DNA of 16,972 bases from positions 128,001 through 144,972 of IMG/VR virus record IMGVR_UViG_3300045988_145100, one strand, 5' to 3'. This document shows, in pieces, positions 1 through 6,886 of the stretch. A program made the translations under genes and the position numbers. Each line of letters begins with the position of its first letter. Position 1 is the first letter of the stretch. The DNA comes from a virus. The notes below the pieces were generated by a model. The model was not told the DNA's origin. It saw only the letters and a program-made list of their open reading frames with translations, and searched no databases.

Positions 1-63
1 GTTTAATGGCTAGGACTACTGTCTCCAAAACAGTGTATGTGGGTTCGACTCCTGCTGGGCGTG
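1..63 (+). tRNA. tRNA-Trp (anticodon CCA), 5'-truncated by the window edge. D-stem 3' half, anticodon arm, T-arm and acceptor 3' strand are present.
   Basis: Hand fold. Anticodon stem actgt/acagt (18-22/30-34) with loop ctCCAaa. T-arm gtggg-ttcgact-cctgc (39-55). Acceptor 3' strand tgggcgt (56-62), discriminator g63. The D-loop 'tttaatgg' motif is shared with the downstream tRNA-Arg. Confidence 0.7.
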
Positions 64-70
64 CTTATAG

Positions 71-179
71 CCATCATGTTAGCTGAAAGGAAAGGCTACA
101 CTTACTCTTAAAGTGTTGACAATTATGTAAGAGTAAAAATTAAGATTGTCTATATTGGGTTCAAGTCCCTTTTGATGGT
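71..179 (+). ncRNA. Degenerate tRNA-like element: possibly a tRNA pseudogene, or a tRNA-like ncRNA with an expanded anticodon arm.
   Basis: Acceptor-like pairing ccatca(71-76)/tgatgg(173-178). D-arm tagc(80-83)/gcta(95-98). A 9-bp hairpin ttactctta(102-110)/taagagtaa(128-136) with a 17-nt loop sits where the anticodon arm should be. An 18-nt linker follows. The T-loop 'ttcaagt' (160-166) is closed by only three GC pairs plus two U·U mismatches. No clean anticodon can be assigned. Confidence 0.3.
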
Positions 180-250
180 TTTCAGACAGAAACAGCAAAT
201 TTATAATAAGTAAGTTTTAGCAAAAAACCTTATAACAACTGTCTAGTTTT

Positions 251-323
251 ACTCCTATAGTTTAATGGAACAGAACATTAGATTTCTAATCTAACGATTT
301 CAGTTCGACTCTGAATGGGAGTA
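251..323 (+). tRNA. tRNA-Arg (anticodon TCT)
   Basis: Hand fold. Acceptor actccta/tgggagt. D-stem gttt/gaac. Anticodon stem ttaga/tctaa with loop ttTCTaa. T-arm ttcag-ttcgact-ctgaa. Discriminator a323. No encoded CCA. Confidence 0.85.
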
Positions 324-325
324 TC

Positions 326-361
326 AAAGCGTACTTTAATAATTAAAGTACGCTTATTTTT
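326..361 (+). terminator. Rho-independent terminator after tRNA-Arg
   Basis: Perfect 12-bp inverted repeat aagcgtacttta / taaagtacgctt (328-339/343-354), followed by the T-run attttt. Confidence 0.8.
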
Positions 362-382
362 AAATTAAGGAGGAACAAGGAT

Positions 383-610
383 ATGCCAGATATTGACCAT
401 ATGCCAGAAGAAAGTATTACTTCTAAGATTGCAGGACATCAGGCAATGATTGACCAGATGTATCGTATGATTGAAGTTAATAAAAGAGAACTTGAAGAGA
501 TGGGTGGTCACGAAGGAGGTCGTGAAAGAATGATTAAGAATTTAACTGACTACATTGCAGAAGAGAAGGAAAAGATTGCAATGTTAGAAAAGGAAAGAGA
601 TGCTCAGTAA
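383..610 (+). CDS. Small hypothetical protein (75 aa), charged and predicted coiled-coil
   Basis: Strong RBS aaggagg 8 nt upstream of the ATG. Lys/Glu-rich heptad-like sequence. No recognisable domain. A terminator follows. Confidence 0.6.
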   Translation: MPDIDHMPEESITSKIAGHQAMIDQMYRMIEVNKRELEEMGGHEGGRERMIKNLTDYIAEEKEKIAMLEKERDAQ

Positions 611-693
611 TCCTTCATCTGCTAGGTAGGCTAACGCCCGTCCGCAGGAAACAAAAACACCTTTTGGAATTTTTTAAATCGAATTTTAGAATT

Positions 694-731
694 AAGGACA
701 AATCAGGTAAAATTGATTTGTCCTTTTTTTA
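694..731 (+). terminator. Rho-independent terminator
   Basis: Stem aggacaaatca / tgatttgtcct around the loop ggtaaaat, followed by the T-run ttttttt. Confidence 0.8.
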
Positions 732-766
732 TATTAATTGAAGAATAAGAAAAGGAGGAAATAAGA

Positions 767-1672
767 ATGGATTTTCCAGTAACTAACACAAAATATGACC
801 ATGTAAACAATTTTGTAAACACTCTTGCTCCTATTGTTTGTAATGAGTGGGTTAAGCGTAGAGAGGCTGGTCAGAAAACAATTTCTCCTGCGGTTGTAAT
901 CGCACAAGGCGGAAAGGAATCCGGTTGGAATCTTAATGCAGCAACTTTATTTGGTATTAAAGGTAATGATGTTACATTAGATACAACAGAGTATATTAAT
1001 GGTGAGTATGTAAATATACAGGACGGTTTTGCATCTTATCCAGATATTGCAGGTGCTGTACAAGGTTATTATGACCTCATGCAATGGGATAATTATGATG
1101 ATGCAACTTCTGCAGATACAGTAGAAGGAGAACTTGAAGGTCTTACTAATGATATTGGTCTTGCTTATGCAACAGCTCCAGACTATTATCAAACAACATT
1201 AGATATTATTAATGATTTTAATTTAAGAGTATATAATGACTATGTTTGGGATTATGTAAATGGCGGCAGCCAGCCTGAAGAAACTCCAGTTGAGCCTGAA
1301 GAGCCAGAAGCACCAACTTCCGCAATAGATGAGGATGTAGTAGATGCTATTTATCGTGGAGAATATGGTAATGGTGAAGAGCGTAGAGCTAGATTAACTG
1401 AAGCAGGATACGATTATGACGCATATCAGGCAAGAGTTGAAGAAAAGTATTACTCTGATTCACAAGAGGAGGAAGAATCATCAGCTCCAGCTCTTGAAGA
1501 AGGAATGGATGTTTTATTTACAGGTTCAACAGATGTAAATGGAAATTCACTTGCTTATACAAATAGAACATATCAAATCAATAGCTTCTCTGATGATAGA
1601 GAAAAGATTCTGCTTGATATCTATGGTGAACATTATGCTTGGGTATGGACATCAGAAGTAACTCCTGCATAA
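767..1672 (+). CDS. Endolysin: N-terminal N-acetylglucosaminidase (FlgJ/LytD-type glucosaminidase domain), an acidic Glu/Pro-rich linker, and a C-terminal putative cell-wall-binding domain.
   Basis: N-terminal motifs 'VVIAQGGKESGWNLNAATLFGIKG ... YINGEYVNIQDGFASYPDIAGAVQGYYDLM' match the glucosaminidase fold signature (AQAxxESGWG...NLFGIK...F..Y.s...s..dY..LL). RBS aaaaggagg. Followed by two small membrane proteins, as in a lysis cassette. Confidence 0.75.
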   Translation: MDFPVTNTKYDHVNNFVNTLAPIVCNEWVKRREAGQKTISPAVVIAQGGKESGWNLNAATLFGIKGNDVTLDTTEYINGEYVNIQDGFASYPDIAGAVQGYYDLMQWDNYDDATSADTVEGELEGLTNDIGLAYATAPDYYQTTLDIINDFNLRVYNDYVWDYVNGGSQPEETPVEPEEPEAPTSAIDEDVVDAIYRGEYGNGEERRARLTEAGYDYDAYQARVEEKYYSDSQEEEESSAPALEEGMDVLFTGSTDVNGNSLAYTNRTYQINSFSDDREKILLDIYGEHYAWVWTSEVTPA

Positions 1673-1683
1673 GGAGGCGCTAA

Positions 1684-2124
1684 ATGTTCCAATCTATTAA
1701 AAAATTTTTTACATCAAGAGAAAAGAGAATTACTGTTAGCAAGATAATTCTCTTTCTCCCTTATGCTTTTTTAACTTATTTTACTTGGTTATTTACTTTA
1801 ATGCTTACGCCTATGATTGCGGAAGGGGAATATAATTATCAAGTAATTCAATATTATGGATTAGAAGTTTTAATACCTATATTAAGTCTTTGCGCAATCG
1901 CGCAGACTACTTATTCTATTAAAGCAAAAGCTGAATATCTTGCAAATGTTATGGTTTATAACATTTATAGAATGATAGATATTCAAAAAGCTTATCCAGA
2001 ATATAAAATTTATGACACAATAGAAATTAAGAAGGATGCTGCGAATGCAACTCAACCTTATGAAGAGCAGTTAAATCTGATGAATAAAACAGCTATCGCA
2101 GAAACACCTTCTTCTAAAATTTAA
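1684..2124 (+). CDS. Membrane protein with two predicted TM helices and a soluble C-terminus. Holin-like or lysis-associated.
   Basis: RBS aaggagg. Hydrophobic stretches ILFLPYAFLTYFTWLFTLMLTPMI and GLEVLIPILSLCAIAQ. Position immediately after the endolysin. Confidence 0.55.
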   Translation: MFQSIKKFFTSREKRITVSKIILFLPYAFLTYFTWLFTLMLTPMIAEGEYNYQVIQYYGLEVLIPILSLCAIAQTTYSIKAKAEYLANVMVYNIYRMIDIQKAYPEYKIYDTIEIKKDAANATQPYEEQLNLMNKTAIAETPSSKI

Positions 2125-2138
2125 GGAGTGTGAATATT

Positions 2139-2459
2139 ATGACAACAACAACACTTGCCCAATTATTAATTGCAATTGTTATTATTGCTTTTGTTACAAG
2201 TTTAGCTGTAGAAGTTGAAAAGAAAATTTGTAATGATTTTCCTAACAACATCTTAGCTATTTGTACATCTATTGTTATTACAGTTCTTGCGGCAATCGCA
2301 TATATTTGTTATGCAAAAATTACAATTACACCAGTTATTGTAATTGGTATTATAGTATTATGTATTGCAGAAGCTTATATTGCAATGTTTGGATATGATA
2401 AGTTTATTCAAATGATTAAACAATATAAAAAATATATAGATGAAAATAAAGAAAATTAA
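2139..2459 (+). CDS. Small 3-TM membrane protein (106 aa from ATG 2139), holin-like
   Basis: Three hydrophobic helices and a charged C-terminal tail (KQYKKYIDENKEN), typical of holins. The RBS aaggag (2123-2128) is well spaced for ATG 2139. The ORF-track start at 2130 is a GTG only 1 nt from the RBS. Confidence 0.6.
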   Translation: MTTTTLAQLLIAIVIIAFVTSLAVEVEKKICNDFPNNILAICTSIVITVLAAIAYICYAKITITPVIVIGIIVLCIAEAYIAMFGYDKFIQMIKQYKKYIDENKEN

Positions 2460-2464
2460 TTATA

Positions 2465-2503
2465 AGCCCATGAAGTTCTTTTTCTTCATGGGCTTATTTT
2501 TTA
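2465..2503 (+). terminator. Rho-independent terminator ending the lysis cassette
   Basis: 12-bp inverted repeat aagcccatgaag / cttcatgggctt followed by atttttt. Confidence 0.85.
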
Positions 2504-2521
2504 TTGGTCAAAAATGTTAAA

Positions 2522-2551
2522 TTTACAATTTATAAAAGTTAAAAATAAATA
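2522..2551 (+). promoter_or_regulatory. Sigma-70-like promoter (TTTACA, N18, TAAAT)
   Basis: -35 tttaca (2522-2527) and an A/T-rich -10 around 2545-2550. Downstream of a terminator and upstream of the RBS of ORF 2582. Confidence 0.4.
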
Positions 2552-2581
2552 GGAAATAATAATAAGAAAGGAGAATTTTTA

Positions 2582-2770
2582 ATGGTTGATATTACAGCAC
2601 AGAGAGGCGAAGTAGAAGCTTATGTAATAGAAGCTGTAGCAACAAGCTTATCAGATATTGATACATTACATGAAACTTGTAAAGGCGCTATTGCAGGTAG
2701 TACTTGTGTTTGCTTAGAAGATTCTTCTGTTTGGATGCTTGGCGGAGATGGAATCTGGCATGAACTTTAA
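2582..2770 (+). CDS. Small hypothetical protein (62 aa)
   Basis: RBS aaaggag. No recognisable motif. Contains C-x8-C-x-C. Confidence 0.5.
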   Translation: MVDITAQRGEVEAYVIEAVATSLSDIDTLHETCKGAIAGSTCVCLEDSSVWMLGGDGIWHEL

Positions 2771-2789
2771 TAAAAGGAGGTAATCTAAA

Positions 2790-3293
2790 ATGAGCGGATT
2801 TTCTGCTGTCACTTATGCGCTTGCTAAAAAAGCTAGTAAGCAATATGCAGACTACCTTTTTTCTAAAGTGGGTGCATTAGATATTCAATTCGTTGATTCA
2901 TTACCAACAGTTGATATAAAAGAAAAAACAATTTATTTTGTACCGGCTTCTGCAGAAAAAACTTCTTACAATCAATATATGTATGTTGATAGTAATTGGG
3001 TTTTAGTAGGAAGTACTGAACTTAATTTAGATAATTATTATACTAAAGATGAGTTAAAAAAAGAAATAGCAAATATACTTCCTATTGCGACAGAAGATAA
3101 GCTTGGTGCAATTATAATTGATAACAATTCTATTTTAATAGAAGATAATGGTAAAATTCATATATCTGATGATTATATTAAGAATTTAATATCAAAAGAT
3201 TATATCCAAGAGAGTATAGATACGGAAGTTGTTCAGGATATAATCAATAGAAGTTTAATTACTAAAGAAGATATTGATGAATTATTTATTTAA
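2790..3293 (+). CDS. Hypothetical protein (167 aa), possibly tail-associated
   Basis: Strong RBS aaaaggagg. The stop overlaps the next ATG (TAATG). No recognisable catalytic motif. Confidence 0.55.
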   Translation: MSGFSAVTYALAKKASKQYADYLFSKVGALDIQFVDSLPTVDIKEKTIYFVPASAEKTSYNQYMYVDSNWVLVGSTELNLDNYYTKDELKKEIANILPIATEDKLGAIIIDNNSILIEDNGKIHISDDYIKNLISKDYIQESIDTEVVQDIINRSLITKEDIDELFI

Positions 3294-3310
3294 TGAGAGG
3301 AGATAAATTA

Positions 3311-4516
3311 ATGGCTAAATATTTAGACAAAGAAGGTCTTGTAGCTTATGACGCAGCGATTAAAAAATATAATAAAGTTTATATCAAAGCTGCAGAGACA
3401 CCTGAGACTGGCTATGCCGCAACTTATGAAATTTATCAAGGTGTTAATGATTTAGGTGCACCTACAGGAACGGCATCTAAAATTAATATTCCTTTTAGTA
3501 AAGTATTAAAATCTGGTGAACTTAGAGAAGATGTTGATAAGGTTTATATTGATTTATTTTTTGATGAAGATAAAACAGATAAAATATCAGTAGATATTAC
3601 TTCTATTACTACAGATATTGATAATTTACAAAAAGAAATTACTAAACTTGAAGGTGAAGATAGTGTTGAAGGTTCTATTAAGAATTTAATTAAAGAGCAT
3701 GCAACAGTATCTATCACAACTAGCACTACAACAGAAGGTGCTTTAAAGACATATACTTTTACACAGAATGGCGCAGAAATTGGTAAAGTTGATATTCCTA
3801 AAGATTTCTTAGTTAAATCAGGTAAAATAACTGATTTTACTAAAATTGGAGAATTATACTATCAAGATGGTGAGAATATTCTTGCATTACCAGACGGTGT
3901 AACAGATGATAAACTTGGAAAATATATTGAATTAATTATCAATGTTCAAGAGGGAACTGCCGATAATCAAAAAATTTATATATATGTTAAAGATTTAGTT
4001 GATGTTTATGAAGGTACTGATAACAATATTATTAAAGTAGTTGTTGGTTCTAATAATAAGATTTCTGCAACTATTGATAATGCAGCAATCACAAAAGCTA
4101 TGTTATCACAAGAAGTATTAGATAGCATTGCTGCAACTGGTGAATCTCTTGTATTTAAAGGAACTATTGCTACACTTCCAACAACAGCTAAAGTTGGTGA
4201 AGTATATTTAAGCGGAAATAAATTATATATTTGTACAGTAGCTTCAAGTGAGAGTGTAACACCTACATACGCGGATGTTGCTATTGATGAAGCATTTTTA
4301 ACTTCTGTTCTTGGAACGGATTATAAAGTTAATGCAAAAGCATCAACAGTTAAAGCATATATTGATTCTCGTGTATTTATGGGAACAGAGTCAGAGATAG
4401 CTGCAGCCAAAGCTGCAGGTAAGATTGATGATACTACAATCACTATTGTAGTTGATGAAACTGCAGAAGAGCTTACTCCTATTACAGATGCAGAAATTGC
4501 AGCAATGTTTGCATAA
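3311..4516 (+). CDS. Tail fibre / receptor-binding-like protein (402 aa counted from ATG 3311)
   Basis: The N-terminus MAKYLDKEGLVAYDAAIKKYN is paralogous to the N-terminus of the 1019-aa fibre (MSKYLTKIGLTKYTTKLKEYI). The RBS ggaga is 7 nt before ATG 3311, and the upstream ATG at 3293 has no RBS. Thr/Ser-rich beta-rich body. Confidence 0.55.
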   Translation: MAKYLDKEGLVAYDAAIKKYNKVYIKAAETPETGYAATYEIYQGVNDLGAPTGTASKINIPFSKVLKSGELREDVDKVYIDLFFDEDKTDKISVDITSITTDIDNLQKEITKLEGEDSVEGSIKNLIKEHATVSITTSTTTEGALKTYTFTQNGAEIGKVDIPKDFLVKSGKITDFTKIGELYYQDGENILALPDGVTDDKLGKYIELIINVQEGTADNQKIYIYVKDLVDVYEGTDNNIIKVVVGSNNKISATIDNAAITKAMLSQEVLDSIAATGESLVFKGTIATLPTTAKVGEVYLSGNKLYICTVASSESVTPTYADVAIDEAFLTSVLGTDYKVNAKASTVKAYIDSRVFMGTESEIAAAKAAGKIDDTTITIVVDETAEELTPITDAEIAAMFA

Positions 4517-4526
4517 TTCTAAAAAA

Positions 4527-4537
4527 TATGATATAAT
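4527..4537 (+). promoter_or_regulatory. Extended -10 promoter (tatGaTATAAT), copy 1 of a 5-copy motif
   Basis: TGnTATAAT preceded by an A-tract (aaaaaatatgatataat). Lies 30 nt upstream of the glycosyltransferase RBS. Confidence 0.6.
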
Positions 4538-4568
4538 TGAATAAAAGAGATAAAAGGAGATTATTGCA

Positions 4569-5119
4569 ATGAGTAAGAAAGATGTAGCTATTGGAATTCC
4601 TGCTTTTCATGCAATAGAAACAATAAAAGATACTTTGGCATCTATTCAGATACAGAGTTATAAGACTAGATGCCAGGTTATTATTGCTAATGACGACCCC
4701 GCAGATAATGGAAAATATGATTTTTTAAAAACATTATATCCAGATTTAGAAATTATTACAGTAAACTGTGATAAAAATGCGGGTCCTGGTATTGCAAGAC
4801 AAAGAGCATTAGATGCTTGTACTGCGGAATGGATAACTTTTATAGATGCTGATGATATTTTTATTTCACCATTTTCTATTGAAAGTCTATTAGATAATAC
4901 AACTCCAAATTGTATTGAAGTACAAGGTCCATTCTTCCAAGAGATAGAACAAGGTAAGATGAGTGTTGCAGAAAAACAACAATTAATTCAGATGGGGCAA
5001 GGAGTACCTCCAAGAATGATGCCGCGTAATGATGTTACACATCCTTGGGTATTTGGTCGTTTATATCGAGTTTCATTCCTTAGAGAAGCTGGAATTAAGT
5101 TTTCTGAATTGCGCGCCAT
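4569..5119 (+). CDS. Family-2 glycosyltransferase, exon 1 (N-terminal 183 codons plus 2 nt)
   Basis: GT2 signature: IGIPAFHAIE...VIIANDDPADNG...NAGPGIARQRALDAC...ITFIDADDIF (DxD motif) ...HPWVFGRLYRVSFLREAGIKFSE. The reading frame runs into a stop (5124-5126) that lies inside the predicted intron. Confidence 0.7.
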
Positions 5120-6196
5120 TAACTAATTCAGTGGCTTTACCTTATGAAGGGTAATGAAAAATCTGTTTAATTGCTGGAAACCCCTAAAGCTCTTATACTA
5201 TTATATAAAATATAATAGGGCGAAAGCAGAAATAAGTTAAGAGATGTATTATGGAGTAATCCTAAAATATTATAAGACAATGGGCAATCAGCAGCCAAGC
5301 TTAACAATAATAATAAAATATAAAATAATAGCTATCTAATTTTAATAAAAAGGAGTTATTAAATAATAAAATGATAGGTATTTATAAAATTACTAATAAT
5401 ATAAATAATAAAGTTTATATTGGTCAAAGTATTAATATTGAATCTCGAATAAAAGACCATTTTTTTAAAAACTATAGTAATGAAAAACATTATCATGGAG
5501 TCCTTGATAAAGAAATTAGTGAGACAGGTGTTGAAAATTTTTCATGGGAAATTTTAAAAGAATGTAAAAGAGAAGAATTAAATCAATATGAAATCTATTA
5601 TATTTCTTTATATAATAGTTGTGACCCTCTTAAAGGTTATAATATAAAAGGAGGAGGGTCTCCAATTCTCAATGGTCAAAAACGAAAAATTATTGATACT
5701 GACACTTTAAAAATTTATGATGGTTGTATGGAATGTGCTAATCAATTAGGAATTAGTCAAGGTGATTTGTCTAGAGTTTGTAATCACTTACAAGGTCAAA
5801 TCAAAGGTCATCATTTTATGTATCTTGATGAGTATAATGAAAAAGGAAAAATAGATTACAAGCCTATAGAAAATCATGGACAGTCAAAACAAGTTAAATG
5901 TCTTGAAACAAATGTTATTTTTGATAGTGCGCATGAAGCAGGTCGACAAATGGGATTAAATTTTAGATTAATCTCGGCTGTATGTAATGGGAAAAGAAAA
6001 ACAACAGGTGGCTATCATTTTATTTATATTTAATTATTATTAGTTAAGAAGGTTCAACGACTATCCTCGGCGGAGGAGTAGGATTAAGCAATCCGAAATG
6101 GCAGACAACTTTTTAAAAGTTGGTGATATAGTCTAGACTAGATAGAGATATTTAGCAGTTCATAAGAGAACGGGTATAGCTTAGCGAACTATACTG
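5120..6196 (+). mobile_element. Group I self-splicing intron (IA2-like, with an ORF in the P6 loop) interrupting the GT2 gene
   Basis: P1: exon gccaU(5115-5119) pairs with IGS gtggc(5131-5135), with a U·G wobble at the splice site. P2: ttacc/ggtaa. P element aattgctggaaa (5169-5180). Q element aatcagcagc (5286-5295), with P4 covariation tgctg/cagca. R element gttcaacgacta (6052-6063). S element gatatagtc (6125-6133), with P7 gacta/tagtc. P9 hairpin gtatag...ctatac (6173-6194) followed by omega G6196. Joining 5119 to 6197 restores the reading frame. Confidence 0.75.
5371..6033 (+). CDS. GIY-YIG homing endonuclease (I-TevI-like), encoded inside the intron
   Basis: N-terminal MIGIYKITNNINNKVYIGQSINIESRIKDH...N..E..YI matches GIY-(10)-YIG...R...H/E. 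The C-terminal region is Lys/His-rich and looks like a DNA-binding domain. It lies between the Q and R core elements, which is the P6 loop position also used in the phage T4 td intron. Confidence 0.8.
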   Translation: MIGIYKITNNINNKVYIGQSINIESRIKDHFFKNYSNEKHYHGVLDKEISETGVENFSWEILKECKREELNQYEIYYISLYNSCDPLKGYNIKGGGSPILNGQKRKIIDTDTLKIYDGCMECANQLGISQGDLSRVCNHLQGQIKGHHFMYLDEYNEKGKIDYKPIENHGQSKQVKCLETNVIFDSAHEAGRQMGLNFRLISAVCNGKRKTTGGYHFIYI

Positions 6197-6848
6197 AATA
6201 TATCGGGAAGACGGACAATTCAACTGGGAAATACGAATGAGTATAGAAGGTTCTCCATTAATGATAAATCGTATTGAAGACCCTATCTATCTTTGGAGGA
6301 CTGGTTCAGAACACTCTATTACAAGAATAGGTATGGAAGAAAATGGCGGAATTCCATTATACAATTGGGATTTATGTCTTGTCGGTTCAACCGCTGCGGC
6401 AATTAATGCAATTAAATTTTGTAAAAAGAAAAATCCTTTTAATGGAGGAATTACTCGATTTACAGTTGAGCAGATGGTTTCTCATTACTTTAGCTATATT
6501 AAATGTTTAAATGAAAAACCAATGTTTGCAGAACAGAATCTTTTTAATGCAAAAAGATTTTATCATAGTTGCTATAAAGAAATTGAAAATCAGATTGATG
6601 AAGAAATTTTAAAAACTATGTATACTGCTCAATATGCGGGAATGGCTCAGGATATGATAAACATAATTCCAGAGATTACATTTTTTGAATTTATGAATAA
6701 AGTAAAAACAGAGCCTTATAACGGAAAAGAAGAATTTGATACACTTAGAGAAAAATTACCTAAATGGGTTATTGATTTAGATAAGAAGTCTGGCGTATTA
6801 GGTGATGAAGGTTATGTTTATACAGTAGATGAAAAGAACGAGAAGTAA
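6197..6848 (+). CDS. Family-2 glycosyltransferase, exon 2 (C-terminal portion; spliced protein about 400 aa)
   Basis: The predicted junction gives ...FSELRAI|IYREDGQFNWEIRMS..., restoring the conserved GT2 'ED..F.W.IR' motif just downstream of the insertion site. The frame is open from 6198 through the ATG-6237 ORF to the stop at 6848. An alternative 3' splice site after g6205 (...LRAMEDGQF...) cannot be excluded. Confidence 0.65.
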
Positions 6849-6866
6849 TTCTCGTTCTTTTTTATT
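6835..6866 (+). terminator. Rho-independent terminator overlapping the GT2 stop codon
   Basis: agaacgaga / tctcgttct around the loop agtaat, then ttttttat. Confidence 0.7.
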
Positions 6867-6886
6867 TATATAGGAAGGAGAATAAA

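Noticed and set aside
116-144. A possible sigma-70 promoter using the TTGACA at 116-121
   Set aside because: There is no acceptable -10 hexamer at the 16-18 bp spacing. The TTGACA lies inside the loop of the tRNA-like hairpin.
3293-3310. ATG 3293 (MRGDKL...) as the start of the fibre-like gene, and TTG 13441 as the start of the CAP gene
   Set aside because: The downstream ATGs 3311 and 13495 have proper RBSs. They give, respectively, an N-terminus homologous to the large fibre and a clean signal peptide. The upstream starts lack an RBS.
5100-5126. Treating GT2 4569-5126 and ORF 6237-6848 as two independent genes
   Set aside because: The first ORF ends in the middle of the GT2 catalytic domain. 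The second has no RBS and begins mid-domain. A group I intron with complete core elements and a homing endonuclease lies precisely between them, and splicing restores one frame.
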